A DNA stretch of 64,000 nt from Diplonema japonicum (taxonomy: Eukaryota > Protista > Euglenozoa: Diplonemea), in contig OZ025715.1 in the NCBI GenBank assembly GCA_964019335.1, positions 431,621 to 495,620 on the forward strand, in the 5' to 3' direction. Positions 51,668-61,951 of this stretch are shown here, in pieces. The notes beneath the pieces are model-generated. The model had not been told where the DNA came from and made no database searches. It saw nothing but the letters and a program-made list of their open reading frames with translations. A program made the position numbers and the translations under genes. How positions within the stretch are numbered: the first letter of the stretch is position 1; each line of letters opens with the position of its first letter.

Positions 51668-52452
51668 ATGGAGACGAAGGATAGGAAGCGTAAGAGGCAC
51701 GACGACAACCCGAAGAAGGCCGCTAAGAAGGTGATCGATGAAACGAAGAAGCGAACAGAAGCATCAGTGAAGAAATATTGTGAGGATGTTGTGAAGCACG
51801 TTGACATGTGGAAAGAACGGCTGCAGACAGTATGCTTTTGCACCACAACACATTGCATTTCAGATACGCAAGCTTAAGCCAGCACCTATCGTGATCAACT
51901 GGGACGCAAAGGACGAGGAAGACAGCGAGAAATCGGAGCTCATAAAGCTGGTGGTACCGCAGTCAGACGCTTTAGATGAGCAGCTCAGGCTTGCAGAGCG
52001 CGAATCCCTCTACTGGATAGATGTGCTGAAGGAAATCGAGTTGTGGATTACGCTCCACGTGCCTCCAGCGGATGTCACAGCATTTGGTACAAAAATACAA
52101 AATGAGACGCTCATGTTCGTGTCTTGCTTTGTAGTGTTTGTGAACGAGGCAGTCTACAGCACGGTATGTAGACCACACCACTACACGACATTACAGGGCG
52201 CAATGTACTACAGAAAGATATCAGAAATAGAGGCGTCGCACGACAAGTCCAAATATCCTGCATCGTATAACAACTTGCTGGAAGCGGAGTACCGCCGGCA
52301 GTGGGCACAGCTGGAGTACGGGTACAACTCCCTCATTCATGTATGCCATGCAGTCTAGATAACACACACCGCAGAAAGGGATGCTGCTGTATCAATGGCT
52401 TAGAGATCGAGAGGAGAAGCTTCGGCAGCCGAGGGACTTGGTTGAAATGTAG
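51668..52452 (+). CDS. Proteasome activator PA28/PA26 (11S regulator)-like protein
   Basis: IELWITLHVPP...FGTKIQNETL, YYRKISE...KYPASYNN and REEKLRQPR parallel PA28 helices. Introns about 51830-51863, 52165-52197, 52341-52374. Confidence 0.7.
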
Positions 52453-52532
52453 TGTGCTGGAAAGAGAAAAGAACAACACCGATCGTGCTTCCGTCTTTAT
52501 TTTATGCATTAAGCTTATGAACACTCAGCAAG

Positions 52533-53974
52533 ATGTCGCTCCCCATGCCCTCTTGTGCGTATGTCTGCTTGAGCACACTGTTGCTGTTCGTTGCAATGAT
52601 GTCGTTGATGTTCAAAAAGAAACGAAGAAGGAACACGAGTGGTTCACTCATGGTGGGCTTTATCCACCCTGACCTTGGAATTGGGGGTGCAGAGCGGCTG
52701 GTGGTAGACTCAGCAGTGGGCCTCCTGCAAAAAGGGCACCAGGTCGTGATGTACACTGCACACCACGATAGTGGGCACTGCTTTGTCGAGACGCGAGACG
52801 GTACTGTGCAAGTAGTGGTGGCAGGGGATTGGATGCCTAGGCACATCAAGGGCAAGGGACACGTCCTGTTTGCAACGCTGCGCATGATATGGCTCACCCT
52901 GTGGTGTATCCTTAAGGCGCCACCTGTCGATGTTTATGTTGTCGACCAGGTGTCAGTCCCCTTGTTCCTGTTGAAGTGTCTCACGAACATCCCCACTCTC
53001 TTCTACTGTCACTTCCCTGACAAATTGTGTGACGCCACACGCACCGCCAACAGGTCTACTCTGCGCAAGGCCTACCGTTTCGTTTTCGACACAATTGAAG
53101 AAGTGGTATGCCACCAAACCTCTTTTTACCACGTCATACTCTAGTGCCTCCGTAGCGCCACTGCCACTGTGTTCAATAGCAGGTTCACGAAGGACACCAC
53201 CCTGGAAACTTTTCCGTCCCTCGTTACGCGCAGCGACTATAGCGACGTGCTGTACCCCCCTATGAACTGGTCCAACCTAGACTGCAAACCTGCGGGCACA
53301 AGCACACGACTAAATGGGTATGATGAGTGTGTAATTTTTAAATACTTTACGCAGCTTGGAAGGAAAGACAGTGGTGCTGTCTATCAACAGGTTTGAAACG
53401 AAGAAGAACGTTAGGCTGGCCCTGGACTCGTTCAATGAGGTTATGGAGCAACTCAGCCCCGATAAGAGACAAGAGACACGACTGGTATGCGTGCATGTCC
53501 CACAGTAGCGAAGCACAGGTACTTGCGGGGGGATATGACGAGAGGCTCGTAGACAACGTGAAATGCCTCAAAGAGCTGAAAGAGTGCTGCCAGGCAAGCA
53601 AGTGGAGCGATAACGTGGTGTTCATCACTTCCTTCAGCGAGTACGAGAAGTACATGCTCCTTCACAACTCAACGTTGCTGCTGTACACACCTACAGGCGA
53701 GCATTTCGGCATTGTACCTCTTGAAGCTATGTATTGCGGTTTGCCGGTAATTGCAGTCAACTCAGCTGGCCCCCTGGAGACAGTCTTGCATGGGAAGACG
53801 GGATTCCTCAAGGAGCCGACTGTACAGGATTTCGCTCCCGCCATCCTCACGCTCCTCAACAACCCTGACATGCGAAAGGAGATGTTCTCCGTCGCGAAAG
53901 GGCATGTCACGTCAAGGTTCTCACTTGACTACTTCGCCACATCTATGGTTGCGCACCTTAACAGTGCCATCTAG
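52533..53974 (+). CDS. ALG2: Alpha-1,3/1,6-mannosyltransferase ALG2
   Basis: FIHPDLGIGGAERLVVD, HCFVETRDG, FYCHFPDKL, SINRFETKKN, LLYTPTGEHFGIVPLEAM. Three small introns. Confidence 0.95.
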
Positions 53975-54140
53975 ATGCGATAATGAAACCAAGAACGGAA
54001 ACGAGAGAAAGAGCTGCTTTGAAGTAACCAAAGAAAAAATGAACACTTTTTTTTAAGGTGCCGATAACACCTCTTTCCCTGTTTTTCTTTCATCGGGAGT
54101 TGAAGCATAACAGGCAGTAGATTTCAAGCTAAAAACAAAA

Positions 54141-55441
54141 ATGACCAGCGCAATGCCGCCATCATCAGCGATCGCCGCTGAAAGGTATACATTTGCACAG
54201 CAAACACCTCCTGCACAGGCCTGCTCAGAATGGATTCCTTGACGGACTCCAGATCCCCGCTGACCAGCTGCTCATGATGGGAATGGTATGCCACACTGAC
54301 ACCATGACCACCACAGACCGGCCCGTCGATGAACACGTTGAAGAAGAGCCAGTCCGCGGTGGAGTCCAAACACCCCTGCGTGTACCAATACGGATCATGC
54401 TCTTTTGGTGACGAGTGCAAATTCGCTGAGATCGACGGCAAAGTGTGCGCCAAGTTCTTGAAGGGCGGGTGCTCGTGGGGCAACAACTGCTGCTGGAAGC
54501 ACACAACTATACAGAAGATCACCGCGCAGAATAAGATGGAGCAGAGCCGCAGGATGAACGGAGGCAGCGCGAGGAGGTTCGAAGAACCTCAGGACGAGCT
54601 TTACAACGGGCTGGTATGCATGCACATAGTACAACCACTCCACAGCAGCAACAACAGCAGCAGCAGGACCTCCCTGGCATGGGTTTCAATAACGACATGC
54701 AGCAGCGCAACATCTTCCAGCAGCTCCAGATGCAGGTATGACGAAAAGACACAAGCCTCACAACCCCCACAGCAGCAGTTGAACGGGCTGCCGCCCAACC
54801 TCCTTGCCAACGATGTGTCTCTTCCTGGCATGCAGAACTTCGGGCTTGACGACAGGTGCTTCACGGAGCAGCTGCAGCAGGCGTTGCCCTTCCACAACAT
54901 GGGTGATGAGGAGGTATGTTGCGCAACGACTTATCACCACACGTAGACGATGAACCAGTCTCAGGTGACGCAGCTCATGTCCACGATACTGGGGTCCATC
55001 AGGGAGTTCGACGACAGGCACAACGCCAGGGTGTCGCAGCTGCAAATGGCCATCGAGATGGCAGAGAAGGAGAGGACCGAGGAGGGGGACAGGAACAGGA
55101 GGTCTATCAGTGCCTTGATGAGCAGTGTCGATCACTTGATGGGCAAGCTGAAGGACCTTGGGATCCCCGTCGGCGGCCTGCCGCAGCAGATGTCGGGCCC
55201 TGATATGGACAGGGACATGGTGCCGCAGACACAGACCCCCATGGGGCAGACCATCTCGTCCCCAGTGAGCCAGGGCACGGAACAGCCGAAGATGAAGATT
55301 TGCCAGCACTGTGGTAAGAGCGGCAAGCTTATGCTTTGCGGAAGGTGCAAGGTGGCAACTTTCTGCAACCAACAGTGCCAGCGTGAGGCGTGGTCGACTC
55401 ACTCTAAGACATGCACTCCCCCGAGGCCTGCTGAGAGCTGA
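54141..55441 (+). CDS. CCCH zinc finger + MYND zinc finger protein (multi-exon)
   Basis: CAKFLKGGCSWGNNCCWKH; MYND CQHCGK...LCGRCKVATFCNQQCQREAWSTHSKTC. About five GTAT...AG introns. Confidence 0.8.
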
Positions 55442-56328
55442 ACATAATGAATAAACAAAAACAAAAAAAAAAAGATATCACCCCCCATCATCCCTCGAGA
55501 TCTAGGCCCTGACCTGTAGTTGCTCCTCGAACCCTGGGAGCAGAGGATAGGTGCTCCTCGAATAAGCCCTTAGATTCCCCAACAGACAATTTGCAGCATT
55601 CTTACATTTTTTAACCCCATTTTTTTACTCCTATTCCCCTCCATATTTCCCGTTATTTTTAGAGCTTTAACACGCAAGAAAAGGAGATTTTAAAAAAATC
55701 CCCCCTTCCTTTTAGTTCATAGATATTTCAGGCCTCCTCATTCCCTTTTTTGATTTTTCTCCCCCCTTTTTCTTTTTCATTTCCCCCTCCTTTTCGTCCT
55801 TTTTTTCTGGAAAAAAAAGAAAAATGAGAAGAGGTATTAAAGGGGTAGTTGAAAAAGGGAGGGGGCGGTTTTGTTCCCTTCCTAAATAGAAAAAAAAAAA
55901 CAAAAAAAAAAAAAAAAAAAAAAAAAAGCAGTGTTTTTTTTGATTCCCCATTCTTCCTTTTAAATAGAGAATTTGCCTCCCCTTTTCCATTAAGGTTCAC
56001 AATATTGAAGCCGTTATCTGGAGACTACTCACGCCTGAAGTCATAGAGTGCTCAATAGGTGTGAGATAGTTTCTGTTTATTTTCCTCGTCCCTATTCCCC
56101 TTCGCCACTATCTTCTCTTTTTTTTTCTAGACACGTGTATTCCTGTACCAAGTAGATTGGCATAAACTGGGATCAACCAGCAAGGGGGAAAAAGACCTTT
56201 TTTTTTGAAAAATGGTTCTATTCATCTGTGGGGACTTGTTAGTCCGCATTTTTTATTCCTTTTTGAAAAAGAAAGAAACCTTTTAAAAAAAATAAAGTAA
56301 AAGCACAGTGGCTTTCGCCATTCAGGGG

Positions 56329-56363
<35 letters not shown>

Positions 56364-56977
56364 CTTTTTATTTACTTGTGTGTGAAAGAACGGATTTTAC
56401 TTAAAAGAAACAGCGTAGATTTTTTACACCCCCCCAAAAAAAGAAAAAAAGGCCCACACGCATAAGCTCCCACCATAAGATCTTTTTGTTCTAGAATGTG
56501 ACAACTTTTCCCCCCCACCACTTTTTTTTTGTTCCTCATTTTATTTTTATACATTTTATTTTATTTTTATTGCCCCTCCCTCTTGTTAGTTAGGCATGGC
56601 ACTTGCATTCCTGTGCGTTGCACTTGATGGTGAGGGTCTTCTCTCTTTATTTCATTTTATACCTCCTTAGTTTTTTTTTTTCGAGAAGAAATATAGTACT
56701 TCCAACAGACGTGGCCCTGTCTTCTTCTTACTTTTGTCTGCTGCTCTCCCCTCCTTCCCTTCTATTCGATGAAGGCCAGCGCCGCTCTCTCGTGCATGGT
56801 TCCTACGACATCTAGGCGAGGGTTGCCTTCTTCTATTCCCTCTCTTCCCTTATCCTCTTCCCTTTCTTTCTTTCCCAGAGTCTCAAAACCCCCTATTTTC
56901 CTTCCCACCCCACCCTCTTTTTTTGTTCCTACTTTATTCTCATTATTCGTGATATGCTCACATCCATCAAGGCCGCC

Positions 56978-57621
56978 ATGGCTTGGCTTACTCATTTGCT
57001 ACTTTTGCTGCTTGTGGAAGATGTTTGTGGGCTCGTCATCGGTGGTCCTTTGGTACTACAAAGGAAAGAAGCCTTTACTGTTGTGATTGAAGGCAAGGGT
57101 CACGGGGTGCTGGGGCTGGGGGGGCATGCGGAGTGCAACGAGGAGGCGCAGTACGGGATGGTATCGCAGGGGGTGCGGTACCGGTGCATGATGTGCGAGT
57201 ATGTACAATGAGCCCTCGACATAACACAGATCTGGTGCGAGGCCGGAGTTGGACACCTTGTCGCTGATGACGGTTGTCACCCAACGGACATATGCGTACA
57301 CACTGCTCGTGGAGAACGACACCGATAAGTGGATGGATGTTGTCTGGAAAGGCTTCAATAAAGGAGCGGAGACTACCTACGCCAGGATACCTCCACGGCA
57401 GTTCGAGACTCTGAAGGTATCCACTTAATGCCTCCTCAGCACAACAGACATACGAGACACACGTATGGGTCCTTCGCGAACAGCAAGGCGATGCACCCCA
57501 AACATGCGGGCTGACGGTGGGCGTCTGGCTCGGTGAGGACGTTTGGCCTAAGTCCGTGCACGTCCTCACCGTCAGTCACTTTACACGAACAGTGCAGGAG
57601 ATACACTGCAAATACTCTTAA
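56978..57621 (+). CDS. Signal-peptide protein with VHL beta-domain-like fold (3 exons; only exon 1 in the ORF track)
   Basis: Two 31-nt introns 57199-57229 and 57417-57447 give LLVENDTDKWMDVVWKGFNKGAETTYARIPPRQFETLKTYETHVWVLRE, compared with VHL [48 protein letters not shown]. Confidence 0.7.
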
Positions 57622-57634
57622 GCCCAAAGGTAAT

Positions 57635-58387
57635 ATGAACATGAGCGTGGACGCGGACGACGACATGCAGCTGTCCCAGACAGTGAGCGCCAACGACACC
57701 GCTCTGTCATACATGAAGCGGTGCGCCGCCACGTCACTGGTGACTAAAATTCCTCTCATTGATAACACAGGTGCTGGGAGAAGCGGCCTGATAGGCGGGG
57801 AGGGCTTGCTCTTCACAGGTCCTAAGGCAGGAGGAAAGTCGCAGATTGCTTATCACATCGTGGCGGCTGCCTTGCGAGAGAGCAGCTGGAGCAATGTGCA
57901 TTATTATGATTGTGATAAGACATTTGACGGGAAGAGGCTGCAGCAGCTAGCAGGACCAACAGCTCAGCTAGAAAATGTAACTGTGTACCGACCTCAGAAC
58001 ATGCAGCAGCTTGGCGAGACGCTGCTGCACACGCTGGGCAAGCCGCCGAAGGTTGTCATCGTGGACGGCATCAACTACCTCATCGGCACCGACAGGGGTG
58101 CTGCCTCCCCTAATATCCCTTCTGCCCTGCAACTCCTACGAGCTGCTTCCGTTACGGTTTTAATTATTGTGAGTCACACGTATCACACATCCAACACTCC
58201 TATCCAACCACTGTTTCTAGCTAAGCAGCTATTGGCCGACTTCTCTCCATCCCTTGTTCTTCAGGTCACACCCTCGCACCGCATGACTTCGCTAGATGTG
58301 AAACAGGACGGCACTAATATTGTGACAAAAGAGCTGCAGACTGCTGCTTTTGCCATAAGCACCGCTGGAATTGTGCTGGAGTCTTAA
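57635..58387 (+). CDS. RAD51 paralog (XRCC2/RAD51D-like) RecA-fold protein
   Basis: Walker A TGPKAGGKSQI, VHYYDCDKTFDGKRL, Walker B VVIVDGI. Confidence 0.75.
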   Translation: MNMSVDADDDMQLSQTVSANDTALSYMKRCAATSLVTKIPLIDNTGAGRSGLIGGEGLLFTGPKAGGKSQIAYHIVAAALRESSWSNVHYYDCDKTFDGKRLQQLAGPTAQLENVTVYRPQNMQQLGETLLHTLGKPPKVVIVDGINYLIGTDRGAASPNIPSALQLLRAASVTVLIIVSHTYHTSNTPIQPLFLAKQLLADFSPSLVLQVTPSHRMTSLDVKQDGTNIVTKELQTAAFAISTAGIVLES

Positions 58388-58466
58388 TACAGTCGGCTTG
58401 TTAAGCGGACGTTTTTTTTTATTGTCTTATTATTTCTTGTTTTTATTGTTCAAACACAGCACGCAC

Positions 58467-59662
58467 ATGACTATGACGAAGCACACTCCTGATGAGTACA
58501 ACATAAGGTCGGCGTCTAGGGGCAGGAGGTCCTCTTCACCCCAGCAGCAAAGCCCAAGGCACACATCACCCATGAGAAACTATGGACCCATTTCTGTACC
58601 AGCACTGCCAATCGCTAATGCGGATACTATGCGCACCCCAGTTGTTATTTCCGGGCAGCCTTTTAACGACCCTCAAGAGGTCAAGGCAGAACCATATGAC
58701 AAGTACAACTATGCCCTCAAAAGGAGGGAGCCATCTCCAAGGAGGTATGCCCACATTAAGTCCACATGTCCAAATCATCATGAACAACGACTTAGGTCTT
58801 CTTCCCCTCCGCAGCCACAGCCACCTGTGCCTGTACCCGTTCCTTTGCCTATGGCCGTCCCAAGGCCGTACCCGGACCCTCTGGGCATCTTGCCCCTTGG
58901 TGCAGCCGTATCTCCTATGTGGCCGTTATCAACAGCCCCTGATCCACAGGTCCAGTCACCTGCTGCCTACAAGAATACTGACTATGCTTCGAAGTATGAA
59001 GATGTTGAACATAAAATAAACCTTTTGCACAGGAGACAACACCCGAAGCAGCTTGGTTACAGTTCCCCTGTTAAAAAAGCACAGATTGGGCACAAGAAGT
59101 CAAAGAGCCAACCAAGGAAGTCCGAGCCCTTGCCACCACCTTCACCAAGCTGGGTAGCTTTTGCAGCACTGGCGGACGCGAATGGCATCAAGCCACATGA
59201 CATTGGGGTGTGGTCAATATCTAGTTTACTTCATCACAAACACAGCTGCTATTTTGGGACACTGTTGAACAGCTTTGTCTGCATTTTGGGATATACGACC
59301 CGATCGAAGTGGCGTCCATTCAGGAGGAATGGCGCAGAAGGCACACTGGTGACGACAACCCCCCTCCCATTGTTCCCCCTGACCCGGTGCCTCTCCCGAT
59401 TGACTTGCTCCCTCCACCGTCGCCTCCTCCTGCTCCTATTGTGCCAACTCTCCCTGTGGGGGTTGATCCTCTCTATGAGCACATTCCACTCCATGAGCCA
59501 TCTGACTATTCCCCGCCTCCTGCCGATTACGGTGCTGCCGTGGTGTACCCTTCCTCCTCCCCGATAGCCTCCCCTGTGAGATTGACTCCTAAGAAGAACA
59601 TGCCGAAAGGGAAGATCGACTGGGGTGCAAAGGCAAAAGTCGATACCGGTTTGAGACGTTGA
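58467..59662 (+). CDS. Unknown proline-rich protein
   Basis: Intron 59208-59245 joins the upstream frame to ORF 59309-59662. Confidence 0.6.
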
Positions 59663-59732
59663 AAGTAGGCCACACTGGCTGCTGTTAGCTGTTTGTATTG
59701 TACCACGTTTATTTGTTTTTGACACTTGTTTA

Positions 59733-60244
59733 TTTTTTTTCAGTTATTTGAGTAGCTCGTCAGGTCCCGTAATATGACGAAAAACTTCGATACGGCACGG
59801 ACAGGGTAATTGGGTTGCCTGTTATCGACTTTGTTTCAATTCAAAAGTCGGGTGGCGCATGGCAGCTGACCGTGGGCTTGTCCTGGGGGGGCTCGCCAGC
59901 TGTTGAAGTCATGTCCATCCGAAGCTGAGCTCTTGCGTGTACTCCTGCTTGGTGCCTTTTCGTGCGAGGATATCTGCTGTCTCGTTTCCCTCCACCCCGC
60001 AGTGGCTGGGTATGTAGCAGCAGGTTATGCGGTTCCCTCTCTTCAGCAGCTCGTGCAGGTGGCTCCAGACCCTGTTCGTAATGCTTTCTGGTTGTCGTGC
60101 TGGCCCCTGCTTCAATTTCTGCAGACAAGACATCGAGTCTGTCAGGATGTTGATCTGCACATCGTTCTTTCCGGTTTTCAACAGCTGGATGAGTGCTTCC
60201 TCCATCGCCGTGAGTTCTGCTTGGAAGCTATCGCCTCCAAATGG
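59733..60244 (-). mobile_element. Non-LTR retrotransposon remnant (Ingi/I-group-type RNase H, 3' tail, short poly(A))
   Basis: Minus strand reads SFQAELTAMEEAL...ILTDSMSCL...IPSHCGVEGNETADILARKG (RNase H E, D, H, D motifs). It is cut at its 5' side at the SL exon. A T8 run at about 59733-59740 would be the poly(A). Confidence 0.8.
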
Positions 60245-60282
60245 ACCAACGATTCTAAAGCTACAGTTTCTGTACTTTATTG
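60245..60282 (+). other. Genomic copy of the spliced-leader (mini-exon) sequence, 38 nt
   Basis: ACCAACGATTCTAAAGCTACAGTTTCTGTACTTTATTG. The 3' block CAGTTTCTGTACTTTATTG is the kinetoplastid/diplonemid SL end, and the 5' part matches the diplonemid AACCAACGATT type as I recall it. Confidence 0.9.
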
Positions 60283-60454
60283 GTCGTTCGTGTTCTGCTG
60301 GTGCCTGCCGCCTCTGCCTGGGTTGCCGCTGCGTCCGTCGTCCGTCGTCGCCGTCGTCCGGGGGGGTTGTTTTGCCCGTCGGCCTGCCCGCCGCTCAACG
60401 AAAGGATCCCCTCCCCCCCAACACACACTATAAAACAAAAAAAAAAAAAAAAAA

Positions 60455-61951
60455 ATGGATCCAAGACGACTCGCAGGAGGAGGTGACCGCAGCCGCAGCC
60501 GCAGCCCGCAGGAGCAAGCCCGCAGCCCGCAGCACACGGCGCCGAGACCCACCCAACCAGGCAATCTGGTTGGGCAGTATGAATCCCCACCCCCTAGATC
60601 CCCCCACCCCCCTTTAGAAAAAAAAAATAATAAAATAAAAAAATCACTAGCAGAGACCGCGGTTTTGACCGCCGCTGCTACAGCCACGGCCGCCCCAGCC
60701 GCCCTGAACGCCGCAGCCGACCCTGCCGCCCTGATCGCCGCAACTGAGACCGCCGCAGCCGCCCCTGCCGCAGCCACGACCGCCGCGACCACGACCCCTG
60801 CAGCCGACCCTGCTATTGTTGAAGAGGGAGGAAAAGAGGGAGAAAAAAAGGGGTGGGTACTGGTGTATGGTGAACACCCTCCCGGGTTGAGGACGGGCCC
60901 GGCCCCTGCCTTCCCGAAAGCCCTGCTTTCAGGAAAGTGGGAGGCCCTGTCTGGGAACTCAGGGAGGGAGACCCTCCAATACGGGTGCCGGTGGGAGGGG
61001 ACGAACGCCAAGGTGCGCCCCACCACGGGGATCCCAGGGGGGGCGGAGGGGTGGGTGAGGGAGGTGGCCGCCGCCGCAGGGCTCGAGGTGGTCCCCAACC
61101 AGGTACTTGTCAACAAGTACAAGTCTGGTTGTGGGATTGCCGCCCACAAGGACGACGCGAGGCTGGGACCGATTGTCCTAGTCCTCTCGTACGGAGCCGA
61201 GACCACAATGGTCATGAGGAGGGGGGACAGGGTGGCGAAATACCTGGTGCCCCCCTTCTCATGGGCATTGTTGGAAGGTGAAGCGAGACACCAGTGGACG
61301 CACCACATCCCGTCCGGGATGTCCACTGGTGTCAGGGTGTCGATCACCCTGCGTGCGGTAGGCCCCAAGCTCACCCGCACACCCCAGGAAGACCCATCCC
61401 CTGGGTTAACAGACGAACCCCCTTTTTTAGATCCCCTTTTTTGTGGGCAAGGGGGGGTGGCACTCCCAAGAGAGGATAGTGCCCCACCCGCCCCCTTTTT
61501 TTTTTTAGAACCCTCTTCGGAGGAAAACAGACCCTCTTCGGAGGAAAACAGAGAGAAAGGGGAAGAGGTGGCACTCCCGAGAGAGGGTGGTGCTCCTCCC
61601 CCCCATTTGTCCCCCCCTTTTTCATTTTTAGAGCCCTCTCCAGAGGAACCCTCCACGGAGGTAAAAAACAGACCCTCTTCGGAGGAAAACAGAGAGAGAG
61701 GGGAAGAGGTGGCACTCCCGAGAGAGGGTAGTGTTCCTCCCCCCCATTCGTCCCCCCCTTTTTCTTTTATAGAGCCCTCTCCAGAACCCTCCACGGAGGT
61801 GAAAAACAGACCCTCTTCGGAGGAAAAAAGGCAGAGGGAGAGACAGCACACCCGAGAGAAGGTAGTGCCCCTCCCTCTCTGCCCCCCATTTTTTCTGGAC
61901 CCTCTACGGAGGTGTACACCCTGGTCCCCAAGGGCCGGGGGCTTTTTTTGA
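60455..61951 (+). CDS. Element ORF1: Ala-rich linker + AlkB-family 2OG-Fe(II) dioxygenase domain (about 60850-61365) + repeat-derived tail
   Basis: RETLQYG, LVNKY, IAAHKD (HxD), WTHHIP (distal H), RVSITLR (RxSxTxR). Confidence 0.8.
   Translation: MDPRRLAGGGDRSRSRSPQEQARSPQHTAPRPTQPGNLVGQYESPPPRSPHPPLEKKNNKIKKSLAETAVLTAAATATAAPAALNAAADPAALIAATETAAAAPAAATTAATTTPAADPAIVEEGGKEGEKKGWVLVYGEHPPGLRTGPAPAFPKALLSGKWEALSGNSGRETLQYGCRWEGTNAKVRPTTGIPGGAEGWVREVAAAAGLEVVPNQVLVNKYKSGCGIAAHKDDARLGPIVLVLSYGAETTMVMRRGDRVAKYLVPPFSWALLEGEARHQWTHHIPSGMSTGVRVSITLRAVGPKLTRTPQEDPSPGLTDEPPFLDPLFCGQGGVALPREDSAPPAPFFFLEPSSEENRPSSEENREKGEEVALPREGGAPPPHLSPPFSFLEPSPEEPSTEVKNRPSSEENRERGEEVALPREGSVPPPHSSPPFSFIEPSPEPSTEVKNRPSSEEKRQRERQHTREKVVPLPLCPPFFLDPLRRCTPWSPRAGGFF
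61450..61915. repeat. About 3.5 degenerate tandem units of 110-140 bp built from small hairpins
   Basis: gtggcactccc at about 61457, 61568 and 61709, degenerate at about 61843. CCTC-NNNN-GAGG occurs eight times. Confidence 0.85.

Noticed and set aside
2001-59245. Frameshifted pseudogenes or an alternative genetic code in host genes
   Set aside because: The breaks I checked are resolved by small GT-AG introns under the standard code.
59735-59790. Hammerhead ribozyme (CTGACGA on the minus strand)
   Set aside because: No properly placed stem II plus GAAA core.
60245-60400. Functional SL RNA gene
   Set aside because: No GTATG-type donor, Sm site or T-tract recognised, and the upstream sequence is retroelement coding DNA. 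Not fully excluded without the species SL gene.
60850-61365. TET/JBP (base J) hydroxylase
   Set aside because: Motif pattern (NxY, HxD, H, RxSxTxR) fits the AlkB family better.
60277-61851. 524-aa minus-strand ORF
   Set aside because: Antisense shadow of the GC-rich AlkB ORF and repeats; no motifs.
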